Assembly: GCA_964623885.1 (NCBI GenBank)
Contig: CAZUVM010000142.1
Span: 1 to 27,711, forward strand
DNA length: 27,711 nt
Source: an uncultured Verrucomicrobiota bacterium
GTDB lineage: Bacteria > Verrucomicrobiota > Verrucomicrobiia > Limisphaerales > UBA8199
Direction: 5' to 3'
How positions within the stretch are numbered: position 1 is the first letter of the stretch; every line of letters begins with the position of its first letter. Positions 1-7,393 of this stretch are shown here, one piece after another. A program made the translations under genes and the position numbers. The notes below the pieces were generated by a model that worked only from the letters and a program-made list of their open reading frames with translations, did not search any database and had not been told where the DNA came from.

Positions 1-24
1 GGGCGCATCTTGACGGTACCACCA
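1..24. repeat. Left terminal inverted repeat of the IS
   Basis: 24/24 nt match to the reverse complement of 1365..1388. Confidence 0.85.
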
Positions 25-1113
25 TTACTCAACAAACCAGAGTTCCTCCCAATGTTTGTTTTCGCGCGCTTGCTTGAGGGCGGCAAGGTTTGCCAGTCCC
101 TGGCGTGTCCAAAACTGGCCGCGCCGCTTGAAGCGATTCTGGTGTCCGCTGCAGGCTGACTCCACCGCTCCACTGCCAATGGGCCAACCTCGTTTGGCGA
201 TTTCCTGGTAGTTCATCCGGTCGGCCTGATTGGCAAAATAGTTTTTCTGTTCCCGGACAAGGTTGGCGTTCTTGCCCCGCGGCACGGTTAAGCGCGCGAT
301 CCGGCTCAGACAGGTTTCTTGCTGCCCGTGCCGCAATTCATGCAAACGCTCCTCCACCCATGGCTTGGCCTGCTCTTCTGCATAAAGTGCTCGCCCCAAC
401 TCCCACAGGTGCTCGCTGGCGTGGTAGAAATCCAGCAACTCCTGCGCCTGGGCCCACCGGTCAGCCACGACATTCCAAATCCAAGCCGCTCCGTCGCCAA
501 CGACCAAAATCCACTTGGCCCGACCTAGACCCCGCCGCAGCGCTTCCCAATGGAGTCGTCGCCCCAATTCCACACCTCCTTCTCCTGGCCAAGACACGAC
601 CGCCTTCTCACTCAACACGCCACGGTCGGCAGCCGTGCGTGCTGCCTGGTCCTGAAGATAAAAGACGCCCATCTTCACCTCGTGCCATTCCACCCGCTTT
701 TTCTTGGTCTTTTTCATCCCGAAACCCGGCCCCCGATAGCGCGCCTGCCAGCCATCGAGCATGAAAACCGCCAATTCACTGGCCGCCCGTTGCGGCGTCA
801 GTTCCAGCACCCCACTCTCCAAACGCTTCTGCGTCTGTTCTTCGGCCCGCTGGCCCAGCCGTTGTGCCAGCACATGCAGCGTCGAGTCGTCCACCACACA
901 ACCCCACTTCTGCGCTACAGCCGCTGCCTCGCTATACGATCCTGTCGCCGTCAGCGTAAAGGCCAGCTTGTCCTCCAGCCCTGGGCTCATCTCCTGATGA
1001 GAGGATAAACCCCAAACCTCTCGTATCGGATAGCCCCACTCCTTGCGCTTGGGATCCCACCCATACCAGGCGACCACCTTAACAATGCCTACGTTGCTTC
1101 TTAGCATCAGCAC
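25..1113 (-). CDS. DDE transposase, catalytic portion (362 aa). Probably ISNCY-group (ISKra4/ISAzo13-like), family assignment uncertain
   Basis: The ORF fills the space between the inverted repeats. Motifs ILVVGDGAAWIWN, DFYHASEHLWE and WPIGSGAVES are reminiscent of ISKra4-type DDE transposases (recognised by eye, not searched). Confidence 0.7.
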   Translation of the reverse strand: MLMLRSNVGIVKVVAWYGWDPKRKEWGYPIREVWGLSSHQEMSPGLEDKLAFTLTATGSYSEAAAVAQKWGCVVDDSTLHVLAQRLGQRAEEQTQKRLESGVLELTPQRAASELAVFMLDGWQARYRGPGFGMKKTKKKRVEWHEVKMGVFYLQDQAARTAADRGVLSEKAVVSWPGEGGVELGRRLHWEALRRGLGRAKWILVVGDGAAWIWNVVADRWAQAQELLDFYHASEHLWELGRALYAEEQAKPWVEERLHELRHGQQETCLSRIARLTVPRGKNANLVREQKNYFANQADRMNYQEIAKRGWPIGSGAVESACSGHQNRFKRRGQFWTRQGLANLAALKQARENKHWEELWFVE

Positions 1114-1288
1114 CTGGGCGCGTCGATGCTGCGCCTTTCTTTGGCTGAGGGGGAAAAACCGCGCCCTCGCGCTCGGCCTCCTTTTGCAATCTCTCTTCCA
1201 GTCGTTGCCTCATCCATTCACGACCCTCGGCTTCTACTTCCAGTTCGATCTCTCGCAATGTGCGCCTTCGCCGCGGTTGTTCTGACAT
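1079..1288 (-). CDS. Transposase N-terminal segment (69 aa, Arg/Glu-rich). Probably the 5' part of the same transposase gene, in a different frame
   Basis: Overlaps the downstream ORF by 35 nt. Joining the two frames requires a +1/-2 shift, not a classical -1 programmed frameshift. It is therefore either a frameshift mutation or sequencing error, or an unusual recoding site. Confidence 0.45.
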   Translation of the reverse strand: MSEQPRRRRTLREIELEVEAEGREWMRQRLEERLQKEAEREGAVFPPQPKKGAASTRPGADAKKQRRHC

Positions 1289-1364
1289 GACTACGGTCCT
1301 CCTACGTTGGTGGTTATTGTCTTGTCAGATAAGGAACCGATCATCTGCCACTATCTTACCAAAT

Positions 1365-1388
1365 TGGTGGTACCGTCAAGATGCGCCC
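1365..1388. repeat. Right terminal inverted repeat of the IS
   Basis: TGGTGGTACCGTCAAGATGCGCCC is the exact reverse complement of window positions 1..24. Confidence 0.85.
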
Positions 1389-1649
1389 ATACCAAGATCC
1401 AACGCCTCCCGAAAGCACCAGCGGTTCGAAATCAGATCATCGCGATTGGGCGCGCTACGTCATCGAAATGGATGTGCCCAGTTTGAATCATTGGTTGGAG
1501 GACCCTCTTGTGTCTGATGTGCCGCCTATCAAATTGGGAGCACACTCCGGTGGTCAATGGGGTTGAACTATTGAATTCCGTTCGGAACCACAGCTCAGAG
1601 AAGACTAAACGCACAAGCGTTTCTGGCCGGATCTGAATTTGACTGGTGG

Positions 1650-1862
1650 CTATTTTTTCTCTGGGTTGGAGGCGGCGTTTCCCAGCGTCAGGATGGTCTT
1701 GCCTTCAATCAGCAATTCCATCCTCCGTAACTGCTCCTGCTGCAGGCGCTCGACTGCTTCTGCAATCGTGCCGAAGTGGAATGCCTCCGCCGCGTTTGAC
1801 ACCCAGCGCTTGTTCCCTGCAAAAAACAACCGTGTCTGGCTGTGACGAAGTAACACCTCCAT
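1650..1862 (-). CDS. Hypothetical small protein (70 aa), no family recognised
   Basis: Protein-like amino-acid composition, unlike the Arg/Gly/Pro-rich overlapping plus-strand ORFs. ATG start. Lies 260 bp from the IS right end. Confidence 0.3.
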   Translation of the reverse strand: MEVLLRHSQTRLFFAGNKRWVSNAAEAFHFGTIAEAVERLQQEQLRRMELLIEGKTILTLGNAASNPEKK

Positions 1863-2048
1863 AGTTCTCTAATATCAAAGGTTTGGGTTGCCTTGGCAAA
1901 TGAGGCATTCTCCTAACGTGACAAATTGCTTCTGACACAAACAGATAAGTTGTGCTGCCCGTGCTTGCATCCATCGGTAATTGCTATTTTCCGGTTGCTG
2001 AGGGGATCGCGGTTCAAAGAGAATCAGCCGAACACAGACGAACTTTTT

Positions 2049-2351
2049 ATGTTTTCACACGTAGTCATTTTCTGGACCAAACCCGAAAACCCCACGGCGG
2101 CGGATGAGCTGATTGCCGGCATGCATCGTTATTTGAAGGGCATCCCCGGCGTGCAACAATTTCACGTCGGCAAGATGGTTCGCAGCGAGCGTCCGGTTGT
2201 CGACCAAACCTACCAGGTGGCGCTGAACATTATGTTCCCCGATAAGCAGACTCAGGACGCTTACCAGGTCCATCCCGCGCACGTGGAGTTTGTCGAAAAG
2301 GTCTTCAAGCCCAACTGCGCCAAGGTGGTGGTATACGATTTTGAAGGGTAG
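2049..2351 (+). CDS. Dabb-family stress-responsive alpha/beta-barrel protein (about 100 aa, from internal ATG)
   Basis: MFSHVVIFWTKPE...YQVHPAHVEFVEKVF matches the Dabb (stress responsive A/B barrel) pattern. The upstream part of ORF 1926.. is Cys/Arg-rich and likely non-coding. Confidence 0.75.
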   Translation: MFSHVVIFWTKPENPTAADELIAGMHRYLKGIPGVQQFHVGKMVRSERPVVDQTYQVALNIMFPDKQTQDAYQVHPAHVEFVEKVFKPNCAKVVVYDFEG

Positions 2352-2380
2352 GCTGTGGGTTGCTTGAGCGGTGGCATGCC

Positions 2381-2483
2381 AGCTCCGTAGGAGCGAAGTA
2401 TTCCTAGAAATTGTCGGAAAGGTTGTCATTCGAGCTCCGTAAGAGCGGCATAGTTGAAACGCAGATATTTCGCTACGGAGCTC
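2381..2483. repeat. Three copies of a roughly 16-nt motif GAGCTCCGTA[A/G]GAGCG (2381-2401 direct, 2432-2447 direct, 2465-2483 inverted) in the 5' leader of the GDSL hydrolase gene
   Basis: Read directly from the sequence. The inverted copy can base-pair with either direct copy, giving two mutually exclusive stem-loops of 13-18 bp. Confidence 0.5.
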
Positions 2484-2611
2484 GGCCAGGTTACGTCTCT
2501 TATCGTCGACAGATTCGGTGTTTGATCGCGACCAGGGCAAGGCTGTTGTTGGCAGCAAGGCTGGTGTTTCGGCTTGGCAGATGGGATAATCGAACGAGAC
2601 GGCATTATTCT

Positions 2612-3802
2612 ATGATCCGAAGCGTTCAGGAATCCTTGGCTGCTTTCTGGCGTGGGAGTCGGAATCGGCGAGCGCTCCTGACTGCGGTAGCCGTAATTGC
2701 CGTTGTTGGGATTTGCTTGTCGCCCAACCTGGTCACGGTCGGATGGATGATGGCGGGACTTGCCTTGCTAGTCCTGCTGCTCTGGCTCCCAACGCTCGCC
2801 ACCCGAAACGGTGTATTGTCCATACGGCTCCGTTCGGAGTTCATGCTGTTGATCGCCTCGCTTTGGGTTTGTCTACTGCTGGGCGAAGCGGTGCTGAGGA
2901 TATGCTTTTTTCCCATGTTCCCGCAGCTTGAGGGGCTCGGCTTGTGGGGCGATAGCCTGGGTTATCGATACGACCCGGCGCTAGGCTGGGCGCCGGTTCC
3001 TAACAGTCGCAAAACATTTACTTATCATCGCACTATCAACATCGCTCACAATCGGGATGGCTTTCGCGACCCGGACCCGGTGTCTAATCCACAGCCGGCC
3101 ATGATATTCCTGGGAGATTCTTTTGTCTGGGGCTACGAGGTCGAGGCGTCCGAACGGTTCACGGAAGTCCTGCGCCGTCGTCATCCCGAATGGCGTGTGT
3201 TCAACTTTGGTGTATGCGGGTACAGCACGGACCAGGAATATTTGCTCCTGCAGCAGCATTTCGCCGCGTATCGACCCAAGGTCGTGTTCCTGGTGTTTTG
3301 CACCGAGAACGACGACGTGGGCAACTGCTCCAACATTTGCGGTGATGACTGGTATTTCAAACCGTATTACACGTTGGGCCCCCACGGGCTTGAACTGCGC
3401 GGCGTGCCGGTTCCGCGCTCCGAACGGGTGCTGTTCCTGCAGCATCCCTGGCTATTCAAGCCGTACCTGGTCCGGTTGGGGTTGCGCGCGTGGCACAGGG
3501 TTTTTGACCCGCCGATTATACTCGAAAAGAGCCCCACGCCGGACATCATTGCGGCGCTGAAACGCTTCGTGATTGATCACGGGGCAGCGCTTTACGTAGG
3601 CCTGACGCGCGGTGACCCGGCGTTGGAAAAATCCCTCCGCAGCGCCGACATTCCATATGTGGACCTCAGCACCGATCTGAGATCCAAGGGCGACGAGCAT
3701 TGGACACGTGCTGGGCATGAATTCGTGGCGGACAAAATCGAAGAGTTTTTGGTCGACGCGAAGTTGCTGAAGCCGGCGAAGGTGATTGAGCCGATCCGTT
3801 AA
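2612..3802 (+). CDS. Membrane-anchored SGNH/GDSL-family hydrolase (lipase/esterase-like)
   Basis: Two hydrophobic transmembrane segments, then SGNH blocks IFLGDSFVWGYE (GDS), GVCGYSTDQE (Gly block), CTENDD (GxND) and DEHW (DxxH). Start taken at ATG 2612. The ORF-track start at 2411 is a TTG and its first 67 codons are Arg-rich over the repeat region. Confidence 0.7.
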   Translation: MIRSVQESLAAFWRGSRNRRALLTAVAVIAVVGICLSPNLVTVGWMMAGLALLVLLLWLPTLATRNGVLSIRLRSEFMLLIASLWVCLLLGEAVLRICFFPMFPQLEGLGLWGDSLGYRYDPALGWAPVPNSRKTFTYHRTINIAHNRDGFRDPDPVSNPQPAMIFLGDSFVWGYEVEASERFTEVLRRRHPEWRVFNFGVCGYSTDQEYLLLQQHFAAYRPKVVFLVFCTENDDVGNCSNICGDDWYFKPYYTLGPHGLELRGVPVPRSERVLFLQHPWLFKPYLVRLGLRAWHRVFDPPIILEKSPTPDIIAALKRFVIDHGAALYVGLTRGDPALEKSLRSADIPYVDLSTDLRSKGDEHWTRAGHEFVADKIEEFLVDAKLLKPAKVIEPIR

Positions 3803-3885
3803 TGATGCGAGAGTAGAAACGATTCAATCCTGTCTGCTATTTCAGATTTCGTATTTCAGGATTCGGCTTTAAAATCACTGACTCG

Positions 3886-5046
3886 GTGATGCCTACCGAT
3901 ACTGATTACATGAAGCTGGCGCTGCGCCTGGCGCGTCGCGGTTATGGCTTCACATCACCCAATCCAATGGTGGGCGCGGTGCTGGTAAAGAGCGGGAGAA
4001 TTATCGGTCGCGGCTGGCATCATCGGGCAGGCGAACCGCATGCCGAAATCGAAGCTCTTGGGAATGCGGAACGGAGAGGCCATGGTCCGCAGGGCGCGAC
4101 GTTGTACGTCACGCTGGAACCGTGCTGCACCCACGGCCGCACACCGCCCTGCACTGACGCGATTTTGGCAGCTGGGATCAAGCGTGTCGTCGTAGGAGCC
4201 ACCGATCCCAACCCGCGGCATTACGGTCGTGGCCTTGGGATTCTGAAGCAAGGCGGAGTTACAGTCGTTCACGGCGTTCTGGCTGACGAATGCACCGAAC
4301 TGAATGAGGCTTTCAATCATTGGATCGTAAAGGGAACGCCTTTTGTGACGGTCAAAGCCGCCATGACGCTGGACGGTAAAATTGCCACGGCGACCGGCGA
4401 ATCGAAGTGGATTACTTCGGCAAAAGCCCGCGCTCTTGGGATGCAATTGCGTCTGGGCGCGGATGCAATCCTTGTTGGGATAAACACCATTTTAGCAGAT
4501 GATCCCAGTCTCACGTTCCGCGGTTCCGGGGCAAAGCAACCTCACCTGCGCCGGATTGTTCTGGATTCCGAAGCGCGAACACCATTAAACGCGAAGGTTG
4601 TGTCTGATAAGCTGGCTCCGTTTACAACCGTCGTGACGAGCCGAGAAGCTCCACGCAACCGCATCGCAGTTCTGGCTCGGAAGGTGAATGTTTGGGTGGC
4701 CCCTACGACGGCAAGGCGTTTTTCAGGCAATCCGGGACGTCCGGCAATAGACTTAAGATGGTTGATGTGGAAGTTGGGTGCGGAGGGCGTCACCAACTTG
4801 CTGGTGGAAGGCGGCGGTGAGGTAAACGCCTCGTTCCTATTGCCTGGGCTGGCGCATCGCGTCGTCTTCTTTTACGCTCCGAAAATCCTGGGCGGAAGGG
4901 ATGCCCGCAAGGGCGTGGCTGGCGAAGGTGCGCGGACGCTGGCGGAAATGGTCCCGCTCACGGACGTAGCCTGGCACCGGTTGGGTCCCGACTGGCTGCT
5001 GACGGCGAAATGCGCACAAAGAAAGTCAGGAAGGAAAACCAAATAA
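3886..5046 (+). CDS. ribD: Bifunctional riboflavin biosynthesis protein RibD (pyrimidine deaminase plus reductase)
   Basis: HAEIEAL ... LYVTLEPCCTHGRTPPC zinc-binding cytidine-deaminase motif, followed by a RibD reductase C-terminal domain. GTG/ATG start at 3886/3889. Confidence 0.93.
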   Translation: MMPTDTDYMKLALRLARRGYGFTSPNPMVGAVLVKSGRIIGRGWHHRAGEPHAEIEALGNAERRGHGPQGATLYVTLEPCCTHGRTPPCTDAILAAGIKRVVVGATDPNPRHYGRGLGILKQGGVTVVHGVLADECTELNEAFNHWIVKGTPFVTVKAAMTLDGKIATATGESKWITSAKARALGMQLRLGADAILVGINTILADDPSLTFRGSGAKQPHLRRIVLDSEARTPLNAKVVSDKLAPFTTVVTSREAPRNRIAVLARKVNVWVAPTTARRFSGNPGRPAIDLRWLMWKLGAEGVTNLLVEGGGEVNASFLLPGLAHRVVFFYAPKILGGRDARKGVAGEGARTLAEMVPLTDVAWHRLGPDWLLTAKCAQRKSGRKTK

Positions 5047-5047
5047 C

Positions 5048-5659
5048 ATGTTTACGGGCATTGTGGAGGAGACCGGCACGGTCGAGAAAATCGTGTCAGG
5101 CAAAAAGGCAATCGAACTTACGGTGCGAGCGAAAGTCTGCGGGGGCGGGCTGAAGCTTGGGTCCAGCCTCGCGATTAATGGCTGCTGTCTGACGGTGGTG
5201 AAACTGGCGAAGCGCGGTGCGTTTCGCTTGGCGCGGTTTGATCTGCTCAAGGAGACGTGGCAGCGGACCAACCTGCAATTCGTCAAGCCGGGCTCGCTGG
5301 TCAACCTGGAGCGACCGTTGCGGCCGGACGGCAATCTCGGCGGCCATTTCGTGACCGGCCACATCGATGGTGTTGGGACGATTACGCGCTGGGAGCGACT
5401 CGGAAAAGATCATGTGCTGGATATTGCGGCTCCGGCGGAGGTCATGCGCTATATCGTTTACAAAGGTTCGGTGGCGGTCGACGGCATCAGTTTGACAGTC
5501 GCCGCGGCCCAGACAAAGAGCTTCCGAATCTGGATCATACCGCATACGTATGAGGTCACTGCCTTGAAGGAACGAAAGGTGGGCGATGCGGTGAATCTCG
5601 AGGCGGATCTGCTGGGCAAATACGTGGAGAAATTCGTCCAGGCGCGTGCCCGGCGTTGA
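5048..5659 (+). CDS. ribE: Riboflavin synthase alpha subunit
   Basis: MFTGIVEETGTV N-terminus and an internal duplicated lumazine-binding repeat (GHIDGVGTI). Starts 1 nt after the ribD stop. Confidence 0.93.
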   Translation: MFTGIVEETGTVEKIVSGKKAIELTVRAKVCGGGLKLGSSLAINGCCLTVVKLAKRGAFRLARFDLLKETWQRTNLQFVKPGSLVNLERPLRPDGNLGGHFVTGHIDGVGTITRWERLGKDHVLDIAAPAEVMRYIVYKGSVAVDGISLTVAAAQTKSFRIWIIPHTYEVTALKERKVGDAVNLEADLLGKYVEKFVQARARR

Positions 5660-5673
5660 GACCTGCGAGCGCG

Positions 5674-6096
5674 ATGGAGGCGATCTACAGTCACGACATC
5701 CAGGTGACCGCAGAGATGGTCGACCGCAACGGACATGTCAATAACGTGGCGTACGTCCAGTGGCTGCAGGATGCGGCAGTGGCCCATGCTCGCACTAGTG
5801 GTTGCACGGCGTTGACCATGAAACTGGGCGCCACGTGGGTCGTTCGCACCCATCACATCGAGTACTTGCGTCCGGTGTTTGCCGGTGACTTCATCTCCGT
5901 GCTGACCTGGGTGGCCAATTTCCGCAAGGTCCGATCCCTGCGCAAATACAAGCTGGTCCGGGCTGGTGATAGAACGGTAGTAGCTGAGGCCGAAACCGAT
6001 TGGGTCCTGGTGGATGCCGCGACGGGCAGGCCGAGAGTGATCCCGGAAGAGGTCCAGCAAACGATACCAGTTTTGAGCAAAGAGCCTCAGCTCTGA
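5674..6096 (+). CDS. Hotdog-fold acyl-CoA thioesterase (YbgC/4HBT-like)
   Basis: DRNGHVNNVAYVQWLQDAAVAH motif typical of 4HBT/YbgC thioesterases. ATG lies 15 nt after the ribE stop. An alternative TTG start at 5656 overlaps the ribE stop. Confidence 0.75.
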   Translation: MEAIYSHDIQVTAEMVDRNGHVNNVAYVQWLQDAAVAHARTSGCTALTMKLGATWVVRTHHIEYLRPVFAGDFISVLTWVANFRKVRSLRKYKLVRAGDRTVVAEAETDWVLVDAATGRPRVIPEEVQQTIPVLSKEPQL

Positions 6097-6320
6097 GGTA
6101 TTAAGAGGTCGCGGCATTTGATGATCTCCGAGCGCAAGCCGTTCCCGGCCCGCAGCGCGTGGATGGCTCGATGCGCTCAGAAACGTTGTGATGCTGGTGT
6201 TGCTTCGGCGCTGCCGCGCCGGTACGTCGCGCTTCGTAAATCGTCGCTCCGTGGCTGGCGGGTTGTGCGCGGAGGAATCCGTGCTATGTTCCGCAAACAA
6301 TTAACAACCCATATTACACC

Positions 6321-6926
6321 ATGAAACGACTCTTATTCATATTTTGCTTGAGCGCGTTGGTGAGTCCGCTGTTGCAGGGTGAGGAACTGACCGCCGCCGA
6401 TCGCAAGAAGGCGCTGGAACATTTGGAGAAAACCCGCGCCGGCGTGCTGGCGGCGACCAAGGGCTTGTCGGAGGCGCAGTGGAATTTCAAGCCGGCGCCC
6501 GACCGTTGGTCGGTGGCCGAGGTGACGGAACACATCGCCGCTGCGGAAGATTTCATTATGCAAAATGTCCGCGAGAAAGTGATGAAGGCGCCGCCACGGC
6601 AAGGCACGGAGGACGTCAAGGCGATCGATGAGTTTGTAGTGCAACGCATACCGGATCGGAGCACTAAGGCCAAAGCGCCGGAGCCGTTGCAGCCGACCAA
6701 CCGGTTCGGTTCACCCAAAGCCAGCCTGGATCATTTTAAGGAAAGCCGGGCCAAGACGATCGCGTTTTTGAAAGAAACCAAGGATCTGCGCGACCATGCG
6801 GCGGACAGTCCTCTGGGCAAAAAGTTGGACGGGTATGAGTGGGTGATGTTTGTCAGCGCTCACAGCGAGCGCCACACCAAACAGATTGAAGAAGTAAAAG
6901 CCGACCCGAACTTTCCTAAGAAATAG
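6321..6926 (+). CDS. Secreted DinB/DinB_2-superfamily metal-dependent protein with N-terminal signal peptide
   Basis: Signal peptide MKRLLFIFCLSALVSPLLQG. His-containing motifs VTEHIAAAEDF and SAHSERHTKQIEE resemble the DinB_2 four-helix bundle. Confidence 0.65.
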   Translation: MKRLLFIFCLSALVSPLLQGEELTAADRKKALEHLEKTRAGVLAATKGLSEAQWNFKPAPDRWSVAEVTEHIAAAEDFIMQNVREKVMKAPPRQGTEDVKAIDEFVVQRIPDRSTKAKAPEPLQPTNRFGSPKASLDHFKESRAKTIAFLKETKDLRDHAADSPLGKKLDGYEWVMFVSAHSERHTKQIEEVKADPNFPKK

Positions 6927-6945
6927 GCGCCGCGGGCCTTCTCAG

Positions 6946-6973
6946 ACGAATGGCTCGGCAACGGGCCATTCGT
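6946..6973. terminator. 9-bp stem hairpin (ACGAATGGC / GCCATTCGT, 10-nt loop) between the convergent DinB and small-protein genes. Possible bidirectional terminator
   Basis: Inverted repeat read from the sequence. No clear T-tract on either side. Confidence 0.3.
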
Positions 6974-6994
6974 GGTTCGATGAGCAGGCGCCGA

Positions 6995-7240
6995 CTATTC
7001 GGTCGCTTGCAGTTTTGGATCAAAGAAATGCGGGTCCACCGGTTGCAGGGTGGTATGGCAATCTCCGAGCCAGGCCTGGCCGGTGCTCGTGTCCATGATT
7101 AAAAACTGGGCGCCTGATGCGGTCGCCTGGAACCGGCCGATCTGGCCGCTTCCCGGTAACCCGGCTCCTAAAACCAACATCGAGCCTACCCCCAAACAAA
7201 GTCCCAGAATTGCGCCTGTAAATTGCTCCTTGAGTTTCAT
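6995..7240 (-). CDS. Small secreted hypothetical protein (81 aa from internal ATG) with signal peptide, directly downstream of and co-directional with the CotH giant
   Basis: MKLKEQFTGAILGLCLGVGSMLVLGAGLPG hydrophobic N-terminus, then a 50-aa mature part. The upstream part of ORF 6995..7387 is Pro/Ser/Thr-rich and probably not coding. Confidence 0.4.
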   Translation of the reverse strand: MKLKEQFTGAILGLCLGVGSMLVLGAGLPGSGQIGRFQATASGAQFLIMDTSTGQAWLGDCHTTLQPVDPHFFDPKLQATE

Positions 7241-7393
7241 AAGCAACACAAAATACGGCGAGGATTTGCAGGGTTGAATAGGGTTCATCCCGCTGAAATG
7301 CAGAGGAAAATCAATAGTGCGGCGTGGGGTGGGGACCGGGGTGGTTGAAGGGAGGAACAATGAAAGGGAGTAGCAGAAAGAGGACAAGAAGAG

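Larger units (their letters stand above)
1..1388 (-). mobile_element. Complete insertion sequence of about 1.39 kb bounded by perfect 24-bp terminal inverted repeats. It carries a DDE transposase on the minus strand, split over two overlapping frames
   Basis: Positions 1..24 (GGGCGCATCTTGACGGTACCACCA) are the exact reverse complement of 1365..1388. The transposase stop codon lies at 25-27, directly abutting the left inverted repeat. AT-rich subterminal region at 1290-1364. The window begins exactly at the element boundary, so any target-site duplication cannot be assessed. Confidence 0.8.

Noticed and set aside
2411-2611. N-terminal 67-codon extension of the hydrolase ORF (TTG start)
   Set aside because: Arg-rich, overlaps the triplicated repeat region, and precedes a good ATG followed by the transmembrane segment. 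Treated as 5' leader.
3803-3885. Expected FMN riboswitch upstream of ribD
   Set aside because: The intergenic region is only about 83 nt and lacks the conserved RFN core. Not called.
5458-6300. 280-aa minus-strand ORF overlapping ribE and the thioesterase
   Set aside because: Antisense to two genes with clear family signatures. Arg/Ser/Pro-rich composition.
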